A stretch of DNA of 64,000 nucleotides, filler included, from Dugesia japonica (lineage: Eukaryota): NCBI GenBank assembly GCA_001938525.1. It is 6 parts of 6 records of this genome, joined end to end, with 100 filler letters (N's around TTAATTAATTAA, not from the genome) between each part and the next. Parts side by side here need not be neighbours in the genome. Positions count along the whole stretch, not along the records: positions 1 to 8,447 come from MQRL01638990.1; positions 8,548 to 17,399 come from MQRL01614169.1; 4 more parts are not named here. One strand, written 5' to 3'. The position numbers were made by a program, and so were the translations under genes. The notes under the pieces are model-generated. The model was not told where the DNA came from. It worked only from the letters and a program-made list of their open reading frames with translations, and did no database searches. Of the stretch, positions 1-11,161 are shown piece after piece; the stretch's first letter is position 1, and each line of letters opens with the position of its first letter.

Positions 1-619
1 TCGATTTGTTATCCAATATCAATAATTAAAACCTAAATTTTGATCTAAGCTTTTATATTAAATGAATTATTCAACATAATTTTAGAAAAAATCAAATACG
101 TTAAATACATTTTTAATTGTCTAAACTATTGTATCGATCGTTAAGTTAAACATGAAATATCTTTGGTCTAATTATATTAATATTCTGTTATTTAATTTAT
201 ACTATAATGAACTTATTGACAAATCAGATAAACAATTACATCATTGTGCAATAATTCTGGATAGATATAGATGATTGATAGTTCCAGAGTTGTTATCTAC
301 TTAGAGATATTAATGACAGTAATTAATAGTATAATATCAATATTGTAATTACCAGTAGTAGCTAGAAAATTAATATTAATTAAATACAATATTTTATACT
401 NNNNNNNNNNNNNNNNNNNNNNNNNNNNNNNNNNNNNNNNNNNNNNNNNNNNNNNNNNNNNNNNNNNNNNNNNNNNNNNNNNNNNNNNNNNNNNNNNNNN
501 NNNNNNNNNNNNNNNNNNNNNNNNNNNNNNNNNNNNNNNAATCAATAAAAATAATCAATAGAAGAAATAAGTATCAAAATAAATAAAGTTAATCAAAAGT
601 ATATTTTATATAAAAAATA

Positions 620-690
620 AATAACGCCATTTAAAATAAAACTTTATTGTTATATATATCGACGGATAAACCGTCATCAACAGACAAAAT
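620..690 (-). ncRNA. Degenerate HHR-bearing PLE terminal fragment
   Basis: Minus strand TTGT-CTGtTGA-T-GACG(GTTTATC)CGTC-GAtA-TATA-TA|ACAA, two core substitutions, followed by the same ATGGCGTT tail seen at ~2349. Confidence 0.55.
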
Positions 691-1598
691 AAAAAAATCA
701 GTTTATTCAATTTATATTATTTAAACAAAGATTGATGCGATTATAACTGAATTTAAGATGGCTATAATTCTTAACTTTTAATTTTAACAATTTTTCAATA
801 AAATATTTTCTTCTATAATAATATTTTATTAAAATTACTGTTTTACACCTAAACAATTTTTAGTTTTATTTTATATCAAAATTTTCTTTCTTTAAAATTT
901 ATTCAAATCCTATATTCTTGTAATATTAAAAAAAATAAAGTAGTTAAATATGCACAAACGTCATTTATGTGTTCATGATAAATTATAAATATAATAAATT
1001 TAGTGATTTAATAAAAAATAACCGCACTATAAATGTATTCAATTTAATGTTTATTAAATTAATAACGGACAAAATGAAAATCTAATTTTATTTCTAGTGT
1101 CGACTGTACCCGTCTAGAAGAATTTGATAATTTCTCTAACTGATTGAAATATTTATANNNNNNNNNNNNNNNNNNNNNNNNNNNNNNNNNNNNNNNNNNN
1201 NNNNNNNNNNNNNNNNNNNNNNNNNNATTCTAAAATCTAAAATTAACGTTTTCCATGAGAAATCAAAATTTTAGTAATAATTGCGTGCTAATAGAATGCA
1301 TAAAATTTACAAAATTATCTAATTAATCATTAATTTTATAATATTTCCTAATGTTATTGTGAACGGTATGATCATTTATTAGTTTTATTTATTTCTGTTC
1401 AGAATTTATTTTGTCCTTGCTTGACTCCTCAAAAAAGATAAATAATTTATTTATTTAAACAAAATAAATATTTTAAAAAATAGTCAAAAACGATTTGTTT
1501 AAGACAGTTTAAAACAATATAAAAACATTTATTTTCATAAAAAATATACTTTAATTAAAATTAAATAATTGAACGCCATTTTTTAAAATATTTATTTG

Positions 1599-1639
1599 TT
1601 GCGATCAATTTCGACAGAATAACTGTCATCATCAGGTAA
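1599..1639 (-). ncRNA. Minimal type I hammerhead ribozyme (inverted-arm copy)
   Basis: Minus strand TTAC-CTGATGA-T-GACAG(TTATT)CTGTC-GAAA-TTGA-TC|GCAA. Perfect 5-bp helix II, one mismatch in helix I. Confidence 0.8.
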
Positions 1640-2287
1640 TTACAGAATATTAAAACAAACTATTTACAAAGTTTAAATGATTATATAATTTCAATTATGC
1701 ACTCACAATAAATAATCAATACAATAAATTGAAGAACGATGTTGAAATTGTCAACTGAACATTAATTTTAGGATTTAATGCTCTTATCAACAAAGCTTTA
1801 CACACCACTCTCTTCCAATAATTAATAAATTCACTTCACAAGATTTTAAAATCAGAAAACCCTATTGATTTTATAGATTTGGTTCGATGCTCAACAATAT
1901 TACTATTTCTACTATTTCGACCCCTCTAACTTTGTGCTTTGATCTGGTCAATCAATTTAAATGTAATGGATGTATCAACACACATTAAAGAGACTTACCG
2001 TCATCTCTGCACCAGAGTTCAAGAGCATAGTCGAAATAGTGGGAAAATGTATAAAATCAATAGGGTTTTTTTATTTTAAAATCTTGTGCAGTAGATTTAT
2101 TAATTATTAGGAGAGAGTGATGTGTAAAACTTTGTTGATAAGGGCACATTAAATCCTAAAATTAATGTTCAGTTAACAAATTCAACATCGCTCTTAAAAT
2201 TAATTTATTGATTATGTATTGAGATTACATAATTGATATTATATAATCATTTAAACTTTGTAAATTGTTTGTTTTAATATTCTTTAA

Positions 2288-2328
2288 TTGCCTGATGATG
2301 ACGATTATTCTGTCGAAATTGATCGCAA
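2288..2328 (+). ncRNA. Minimal type I hammerhead ribozyme, intact core
   Basis: TTGC-CTGATGA-T-GAC(GATTATTCT)GTC-GAAA-TTGA-TC|GCAA. Helix I TTGC/GCAA, helix II GAC/GTC, AUC cleavage triplet at 2322-2324. Confidence 0.85.
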
Positions 2329-3614
2329 CAAATAAATATTTTAAAAAATGGCGTTCTATTATTTATTTAAAAAATTACCATTATTTCTTGAGTTTTTAAT
2401 AATTTTAAATTATTTAAAATATTCAATATTCATACTTACCAAAAATATCACAATAAAATGAATCAAATATTTAAAATATAATGTCNCTTTAAATTTGTAA
2501 ACTTAATTTGCAATTTAATAATTCTATTTTTTCCAAAAATATTATCTAAAAAAATTAATATTTGAAATTTTTAAATCAATTGAAATGAAAAATATTAAAA
2601 CTCCAATTAATTTATTTATATTCTCCGGTGTAATTTTATAATTTTAGTTTATTTTATGCCAAAATAGTTTTACCTGAAAATATATATTTTGTCTATATAG
2701 AAAATCTTTAGTGGGACAATTATATATTTCTTTAATATTGTGATATTTAGTAAATAATGTTAAGAAATTTTTTATATTTATTTTGTCATTAGAAATTGCA
2801 AAGAAACATATCACATCCCATTTGGTTAGACATGTGTTTATAAGGTATGAATTGAATCAAATAAAATAATTCATTAACTAGTTGAAATGGAGACCGTAAT
2901 AATAATTATTTCTTAAATATTTAAATATTAAAATTAGTCTTTCTAATTGCTAAAAAATTTTACTTATAATCTTATCAGTTATATTGCTTTTCAAATTTAT
3001 GGTCAATAAATAAAGGTTAAGAGTAGATTATAAAAATATAAAATTACTATCGAAGCAAATTACATTTACAAAATAGTTAATTAAATGCAATACTAGATTT
3101 ATTTATTTTTTATTTAAATTAATTTATTGTCTGTTTTTTATTCATTCTTCAAAACTGCAAGTGTGGTTGTACCGAACATATTTAGTATCAATCAATTACT
3201 AAAATGTGGACAAATACTTTTCTGAAAATGAACAGCATAAAGCGGATATCACAGAAATTTCTATCCACACCACAACAACTGGTAACTCTCTATTGTTTGC
3301 TTTAGATTTAACCTTTAAGGAACGAGGGCTGAAACAAAACTTAGATTTAAACATTCATTCTTTTTTATCATTGAAATTGTTGATATATTTCTTGGACAAC
3401 CAGCATTTTTAAATGATTTTCAATATTAATTTCAATTATTTAAAGAATAATCATTTAAAATAATTCCATAATATATTATTACTAAATTGTTTTTAGAATC
3501 AAATATACAATTTATTAGTTCTTTCAATAGTTCTGAATTTTTACATTTCACAATTGTGAAATTAATTACAATCGCAGCAATGATATACTGAAACTATATT
3601 AATATTATGTCTAC

Positions 3615-3920
3615 AATAGACAGTGTCGACAGTCGTTCTTTTGGGAAATTGTAACCGGAGATGAGAAAATGATACAAAATGATAATCTGAAAACCAAAAC
3701 GTCCTGTGAAATTGTAGCATGACAACGCTAGACTAAATATTGCTTCAAAGATATTTAGTTACCATAAGAAACCTTGACTGGGAAATCTTGGAACACCCAG
3801 CGTATTCAACAGACATTGCCTTAACTGATTATCATTTGTTTCGATTGATGCAGGACAGTTTGTGCGACACACACTTTTAACCAATGGAAGCCATCCGAAA
3901 ATGGCGTGACAACTTTATTT
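3615..3920 (+). pseudogene. Internally deleted mariner (DD34D) transposase remnant
   Basis: Reads IVTGDEK ... HDNAR ... WEILEHPAYSTDIALTDYHLFRLMQ with stops and frameshifts. Confidence 0.85.
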
Positions 3921-4616
3921 TACAAACTTATCAATTGATTTCATTGATTAAAATGATTAAAATGTATGTAAATATTTTAAATAACTTTATTTTGCAATTT
4001 CTTCAACGTAATAATTATATTTTATTATTTTTTAAACAATTTATTTTATGGTTACTGGAGAAATGAAAATATCAATAATCCAAATTAATCCAAACACGCT
4101 AGAACGAGTTTCAGTTATTTTTCAGAAAATAATGAAACTTTTAAAACAAATGTAAAATAAAATATTTGATTTTTACAAATTTGTGATTGACAAACGTTTT
4201 GAAAAAAATTATTAATTAAAATGTATTTAATGCTTAGAATTTGATGTGGAATTTTTATCACATGGAAGAAATAGGAATAAACTCATACATTTTGCATTTA
4301 ATATATATATATATATATATGTTTATTTATACAATTCATCATAGATCCGCCATTACTTTCCGAATGACCTAACAAACACCAGATTATGCATCTTAACAGT
4401 TTAATAATGCATAATAATATAGATGTGAGCAGTTAAAGACATATCCAAATAATATTGAAATTTAGTGTGGTAAAGATGTTTCTGAACGAATTTTATATTT
4501 TCTAACAAATACTATCACATTATTATTGATGAACAATTCATTTTGATTATCAATCGATCTTATCAATAAAATGCAAAATATTATGAATGAAAGATCTCAT
4601 ACAAATTACTGAAATT

Positions 4617-5638
4617 GGCTAATTTCAGTTCTTTATCCAGATTTGTTTTAATTTATTATTTTAATTAACTTTAATATTTAATTTTTAAATTCATTTTATA
4701 TTTATTCATCAAATGTAAATGAAAAACAGTCCTCTTAAGTGTCATAATTAATTGATTTCTTGATTTCTTGACGTATTAACAGAAGAAAAAGCAGTGAATA
4801 AGATTTTATTTATTATTTCATATTTTCGATTATTATTGTACAACTCGTCTTTGAATGACATCCACTAAAGCCTCATTGTTACGATTCTTCAGAAATTCAA
4901 TAAAACATTATGTTGTTTGACCAATTTGAGACAGAGCAAGTTGAAATTCCTAATTGAAAAGAAGTTCTTTCAATGCTTATTTCACAACACCAACAATAAA
5001 TCATGAAAACCAAAGAACTATACATTGTGAAAAATAGTACAACTTGTTAATTTAAATAAAAGTTTCGATCAAAAGTTTTGTTTTTTTATTGATATTTGAT
5101 AACAATTCGATATTTCGAATTAGTCTTCTTCAGGAAAAAGTCACTTTCTGAAGAAGACTAAGTCAAAATATCGAATTCTTATCAAGTATAAATAAGAAAA
5201 CAAAAATTTTGATCGAAGCTTTTATTTAAATGAATTCTGAAAAACGATCAATGGTTATGTCCAACAATTATTCTCGCAATAATTGCAATTGTAAAACTTG
5301 TTAATGATGTTATTTTTCTACATTGTGTATTTGTACAACGGTGTTTGGATTGGTATTCCAATCTTTCAGTTCAACAGGCCATACAAATAAGTATTTCATT
5401 TAAAAGAAATTTATTTTGACACCATTTGATTGCAGGTTTTTCGACTTTTATTGTTTTGATTAAATTAAATATAGTCATGAATATCTAAAATATGAAATGA
5501 TTACATTATGTAAACAATCATTATTTACCGTTTATTGTTATCATAAAATAAAAAAATAAAATAAATTTAAAAAGTAGATCTTGAAGTTAATAAAAATAAT
5601 AAATTAAAACAAATCTGGATAAAGGACTGATGTTAACC
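4617..5638 (-). mobile_element. Merlin (IS1595-like) DNA transposon, deleted, with a nested HHR element
   Basis: TIRs GGCTAATTTCAGTTCTTTATCCAGATTTGTTTTAATTT (4617) and the inverse ending at 5638. Minus-strand remnant AIKWCQNKFLLNEILICMAC...HRCTNTQCRKITSL..TIF / IYCWCCEISIERTSFQLGISTCSVSNW resembles the Merlin zinc-ribbon N-terminus. Confidence 0.7.
5052..5294 (+). mobile_element. Non-coding HHR retroelement inserted as a fold-back, with 11-bp target-site duplication
   Basis: AACTTGTTAAT at 5041-5051 and 5295-5305. Inverted arms 5051-5134 / 5147-5230, each with a CTGAAGA-A-GAC..GAAA core. 3' hairpin CAATTATT-CTCGC-AATAATTG at 5265-5285. Confidence 0.85.
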
Positions 5639-6604
5639 TCAAAATTAATAAATCAATATTATTTTAATTTTTAACATCTTCTCAGTTAATTAAATGTCTC
5701 AAAATATATATTAAATATTGGAAAATAATATTTGAAAAATTATTTTTCTGCATTTAATAAACCGTCAATTATTCAAACAAAAATTCTACGAAGTCTACGC
5801 TTATCTTATCGTAATAAATTTAAACAAACATTCTGAATATTCAAGTAATTAATAAAACCAAGACTATATCAATGTAGAATTAATCAATAATTAGCTCAAA
5901 ACCAATTTTTATCATGGTCAGTGTTCCCATAGGTGGCAGATTAGACGAAATTGTTTTGATCTTAGCAACGGTTGTAGTGATGCACTTCGAAAGTGAACAA
6001 GAAATTTTAACTGCTTAAATTTAAATAATTATAATAAGTATATCATAGATCATGTATTTATACAAATATCATTTATGATACATATTGTATTTTGTCATTG
6101 CTACTAGAATTACACAAACCTAATTAATTCTTAAAAAAAATTACAATAAAATTATTTAATTTAATTGAAATTTTAAATATGAATATTTGTAAATCTGAAA
6201 TAAACTTTTACTACAAATATTTAATTTTATTTATTTTTTTTCAAAATATTGAAAAACTTTAAAATGTAAAATTGAGCGGAAAGGCAATTTGAAAGAAGAA
6301 ATTAGATAAAAAGTTTTAAAATGTCTTTATCGCAATTATCTTTCTTTAGATAAAACAAAAAAATTTTATAACGTTTCTGAAAGAAATAAATTTTAAAAAT
6401 TATTAAGTCATTAAGTTTGAAATGTCGGATTTCCAGAAGTCCAAAGTTTGGCAGTCGATATTTTAAATATTTAAACTTGACAATTATTTGTTTTTGTTTG
6501 ACTGGATAGAAACGTCATTAATCACACGTTTAAATTACCAATAATATGATGAATAGTGGTAATATATTCGATTATTATTATTTATAATAGCAATTTGAAC
6601 CTTA

Positions 6605-6975
6605 ATCAATCCATCATAGCGGATGTATACTGTAACCAAATGGATGACATAATAAGATTGCTTGTGATTAAGCAGCTGAAACTTTTCAAAAGAAACGGAC
6701 TATTTCTATTGATCACATGTTGCCCAAACAACGCTGCTCAAACTGCAGGAGTTGGAAATGAAAACTTTCTATCATCCACCGTATCCAACAAATCTTGCTC
6801 CAACAGACTATCATTTTTTCCCGGCATTCAACTAATTCTTGGAAGAGAAATTACTAAAATCTGAAAAGGCTTCAAAAAACCTATCTATAACCAGAAATTC
6901 TTGTTGCTGTAATAAACAAGTTGTCATTAAAATGACAGAACTGTATCGATAGTTATGATGCATATTTCGAATACA
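6605..6975 (+). pseudogene. Mariner transposase C-terminal remnant
   Basis: ADVYCNQMD ... HVAQTTLLKLQEL ... HPPYPTNLAPTDYHFF ... NCIDSYDAYFE across frames. Confidence 0.85.
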
Positions 6976-7514
6976 TTAATGGCTTTTTTCTTGTTACATA
7001 ATAATCCAAAATGTTAATTAAAAATTCGACATTTCACACTTGACTTTTAAAAATTTATTTATTTTAAAATCATTGAAACCTAAATTATTTAAATATATAT
7101 ATAATTTTAATAATTTATATAATCAATTTACTCTTTATAAAATTGACTAAAATCCATTGTTTATAATTTGAGATTTAAAAATTAGTTTTTAATTGATTTA
7201 ATTTTAAAATATAATCGAATTTAAATGAAAAATAACAAATGAAAATTTACATGTAAATTTAAACCATTTTTGAAATTTATTTTCCAAATAATTCCAAAGT
7301 TAGAATATTTTAAAATATTATTTTCGACAATTAATNAAGTTAAATTTTTATGTTTTCACCATTTTTTCAACTCAAACGAAATTCAGCAACGATATAACAT
7401 GTAATATTTATATTTTAAATATATTTTTAACCATTAATTCGTAAATAACTAAATATTTTTGATGAATATAAATTTTTATTTAAATTTTTTTACAAAAAAG
7501 ATCAATATTGTTAT

Positions 7515-7725
7515 TCTTCTATTTTTATAGATTGTTCAATATGTCGGTTATGCCTTCCTCAGAAACTATTGTTCAATTAATTCTGTAATAAATTTCCAAA
7601 TACAACGAAAAAAGATTAATGTAAATTGTGTTTGTATTTGGAAATTTATATCAGAATTAATTGAACAACAGTTCCTGAAAAAAGATATAGCAGAAATATT
7701 GATCAAGCTATGGAAATAGAAGAAC
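7515..7725. mobile_element. Fold-back element with a degenerate HHR in each arm (third family)
   Basis: Arms ~7515-7605 and ~7633-7725 are inverted. Their consensus is GTTC-CTGAAGA-A-GGC(ATA)GCC-GAAA-TA-TT|GAAC. Confidence 0.6.
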
Positions 7726-8362
7726 GAATTTTTCTTTCTTGTAAAATATTTTAAATAAAACAGTTTTTCAAAAATAAAAATATTTAACCTAAAATTAATT
7801 TAATTGAATTTAATTAATTAAAACTTTTTTACGGTTACAAGCTAAAAATATAAAGTTAAATTATTCCACAGGGAATATTAATTATTAAAAATCAAATATA
7901 TCGAGCCTGTGTTCAATCAAATCAATAAATAATTCAATCTGACGCCTGGCGTTAGTAAATATTTTTAGAAAAGACTGAACAGATATTGTTTGGCAGGCAT
8001 AATATTTTGAACCAATGATTAGGATTGTTAATGATACCCAGTAGCAATATATTTCGACGAGTTAAAATATCATCAGCAAAATCAAATTCAACTATTTACT
8101 AAATTAATGAAAATTGCAACACCGGAGCTCCATACCGACAAATCTGATATTATCTCGTATTCTCTCGAGATGTTNNNNNNNNNNNNNNNNNNNNNNNNNN
8201 NNNNNNNNNNNNNNNNNNNNNNNNACAAATCTGATATTATCTCGTATTCTCTCGAGATGTTGCAACACATTATTAGGCACTAAATTTGTTACAATTTTGT
8301 TAAATTTTGCACAGAGATTTTTCACTTCTGTGCATGGTTTTATATAATTAAAAACATAAAAT

Positions 8363-8390
8363 TAATAATAATCAATAATAATAATAATAA

Positions 8391-8428
<38 letters not shown>

Positions 8429-8447
8429 ATAATAATAATAATAATAA
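8363..8447. repeat. (AAT)n/(ACT)n microsatellite
   Basis: Direct reading; runs into a gap. Confidence 0.95.
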
Positions 8448-8547
8448 NNNNNNNNNNNNNNNNNNNNNNNNNNNNNNNNNNNNNNNNNNNNTTAATTAAT
8501 TAANNNNNNNNNNNNNNNNNNNNNNNNNNNNNNNNNNNNNNNNNNNN
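8448..8547. other. Artificial assembly spacer, 44N-TTAATTAATTAA-44N (also 17400-17499, 28848-28947, 43300-43399, 53419-53518)
   Basis: Five identical 100-bp constructs. The 12-mer places stop codons in all six frames. Confidence 0.95.
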
Positions 8548-8815
8548 AGAGGACAAGTAAAGGGTTTGCATAAACCATTATTATATGGTATTATTAGACA
8601 ACTATATATTTATCATCGATATTCGATCCAATCCTGGTTGGTGATGTACGTGTTCATTCATTTGGTGATTTTGTATATGTAAGACTTGAAAATCCAATGT
8701 ATCATCATCTTTCTTCAACAAAATTGAAGTAAACATACGTGATGATGCGGAAAGATTGATTTATTTTCCATATAAATCAAAAACAAGTTTTACTCTACAT
8801 TTTCGACGAGTATAA
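8548..8815 (+). pseudogene. Polinton/adintovirus minor capsid (penton-like) C-terminus
   Basis: LYIY..DI..ILVGDVRV...RLENPMYHHL...IEVNIRDDA.RLIYFP...TSFTLHFRRV* matches the remembered motif order of Polinton minor capsid proteins. Confidence 0.75.
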
Positions 8816-8849
8816 ACAATTTGATTACTATGTGATTCATTATTTAAAT

Positions 8850-8960
8850 CAGTGTTTCTCAAAGTAGTCTGTACAACCCCCTAGAGACCGTGGAACGATT
8901 GAAGGGGTCCGTAGAGAAATTTGTCAGAGAAAGAGGGTCCTTAAGCGTCCGTGACGGATC
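8850..8960 (+). mobile_element. hAT (Charlie/Buster-like) left end
   Basis: CAGTGTTTCTCAAAGT followed by GGGTCC(G) subterminal motifs. Right end not seen. Confidence 0.55.
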
Positions 8961-9405
8961 AATTATCTTTTTTGTATTTTTAGTACATTTTATAATTAGT
9001 CAATTCCGTTTAGCAGATTTAATTACTGATGCATATTACTTTTATGCGCCTTGTTTATAGAATGACCAAATCTTTTGGCACGACTTAAAAANNNNNNNNN
9101 NNNNNNNNNNNNNNNNNNNNNNNNNNNNNNNAACATATAAAGTAATAAAAACGATTTATGATTGTCTAAAAAAATATTCAATCTTTTGTCTTCTTAACAG
9201 TCCTTCAAGTTTAGTTACTTTGAAATTGTCTTTTTCTTCAAAGTTTTAAAATTTTGAAATTAAATTATTTTTCTTCAACCAATTTATAATAATTTCATTT
9301 TATGTATAAATGTGATTTATTTATTTAATTATTATACATCAAAAATATCAAAAAATGACCATAAATTGGTTGAAGAAAAACAAATTTAAGTTCAAAATTT
9401 AGAAA

Positions 9406-11130
9406 TGAATCCACAACCATACATTATAGAAAAATTGGTAGTGCGACGTGTTTGTGTTGGTCAGTCGGTATGATTGGACATTGTCAAAGATTGGAACATC
9501 AAAATGCAGTATATCCTTTCCAATAAATATAAATTTTGCATTTTACAATTCCGAAAATTCGCATTGAGAATATAAAGATAATCTCTTTTCTGATGAAAGA
9601 TTACCAAAGTTTATTTTCATTGCTTTNNNNNNNNNNNNNNNNNNNNNNNNNNNNNNNNNNNNNNNNNNNNNNNNNNNNNNNNNNNNNNNNNNNNNNNNNN
9701 NNNNNNNNNNNNNNNNNNNNNNNNNNNNNNNNNNNNNNNNNNNNNNNNNNNNNNNNNNNNNNNNNNNNNNNNNNNNNNNNNNNNNNNNNNNNNNNNNNNN
9801 NNNNNNNNNNNNNNNNNNNNNNNNNNNNNNNNNNNNNATTACAATGAAGGAATTTAAAGATTCGTATACGTTTTTCACCTTTGTATTGGCTCCGGACTTT
9901 GCATTTGATCAACCGCAATTACCAAAACTAAAAATCTCAAGTTGGATGTGCGATTCCATAAAGCCTTGACGGAATCAGCGATAATGTATGTGTATGAAGT
10001 TTTTGATTTAGAAATTCAAATCATCAAGAATGGAATAGTGGTTGTATAAACAATACATACATGTATTTGTATTGCATAGCATGAAGTATNNNNNNNNNNN
10101 NNNNNNNNNNNNNNNNNNNNNNNNNNNNNNNNNNNNNNNTATTATACATCAAAAATATCAAAAAAATGACCATAAATTGGTTGAAGAAAAACAAATTTAA
10201 GTTCAAAATTTAGGAATGAATCCACAACCATACATTATAGAAAAAAAATTGGTAGTGCAACGTGTTTGTGTTGGTCAGTCGGTATGATTGGACATTGTCA
10301 AGGATTGGAACATAAAAATGTAATATATCCTTTCCAGAAAACATAAATTTTGCATTTTACAATTCCAAAAACTCACATTGAGAATATAAAGATAATCTCT
10401 TTTCTGATGAAAGATTACCAAAGTTTATTTTGATTGCTTTCCAATCGTCAAAACAATCAAGTTGTGATTATGGTTCATTTTGTTTAAAATTCTCAAATTT
10501 CGTTGTAACGTCCGTATGCATGGCGAGAAATGTCGATTATCGAGAAACATATACTACTAATTTTGATACTGACTATGCAATATGTTCAATCGATTATTCG
10601 TAATATGGTTCTATTAAATGTAGATCGAAACAATGGTATTACAATGAAAGAATTTAAAGATTCGTATACGTTTTTAACCTTTGTATTGTCTCCAGACTTT
10701 GCATTTGATCAACCGCAATTACCAAAAACCAAAAATCTCAAGTTGGACTCTTATATATAAGTAGGTAGATCCTAGCGCACATAAACACCCCCTCCCCCCC
10801 CCTCAAGGTCAATTTTTTCAAGGTCAAAGGGTTTATGTATACTTGATTGTGATTGGTGGAAAATTTTTNNNNNNNNNNNNNNNNNNNNNNNNNNNNNNNN
10901 NNNNNNNNNNNNNNNNNNATTACAATGAAGGAATTTAAAGATTCGTATACGTTTTTCACCTTTGTATTGGCTCCGGACTTTGCATTTGATCAACCGCAAT
11001 TACCAAAACTAAAAATCTCAAGTTGGATGTGCGATTCCATAAAGCCTTGACGGAATCAGCGATAATGTATGTGTATGAAGTTTTTGATTTAGAAATTCAA
11101 ATCATCAAGAATGGAATAGTGGTTGTATAA
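9406..11130 (+). pseudogene. Polinton/adintovirus major capsid protein, C-terminal half, in three partial copies
   Basis: NAVYPF..HFTIPK..DNLFSDERLPKFILIAFQ ... NGITMKEFKDSYTFFTFVLAPDF..QLPK..NLKLDVRFHKALTESAIMYVYEVFDLEIQIIKNGIVVV*. 9839-10089 and 10919-11170 look identical (probable assembly duplication); 10217-10747 is a diverged copy. Confidence 0.8.
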
Positions 11131-11161
11131 ACAATACATACATGTATTTGTATTGCATAGC

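Larger units (their letters stand above)
1571..2356. mobile_element. Fold-back (inverted) Penelope-like element 3' fragment: GIY-YIG endonuclease remnant plus terminal repeat with HHR in both arms
   Basis: 1571-~1875 is the reverse complement of ~2050-2356. The + strand at 1942-2172 reads, with lesions, DLV.QFKCNGC..T...ET.RHLCTRVQEHSR...FKILC.RF...ERVMC..LLIRA.NPKINVQ. A closely related sequence lies at 59805-60260. Confidence 0.85.

Noticed and set aside
8041-8090. Minus-strand CTGATGA...GTCGAAATATATT as another hammerhead
   Set aside because: Helices I and II do not pair, and the same bases translate as VEFDFADDIL, an RT-like motif. Ambiguous, so not called.
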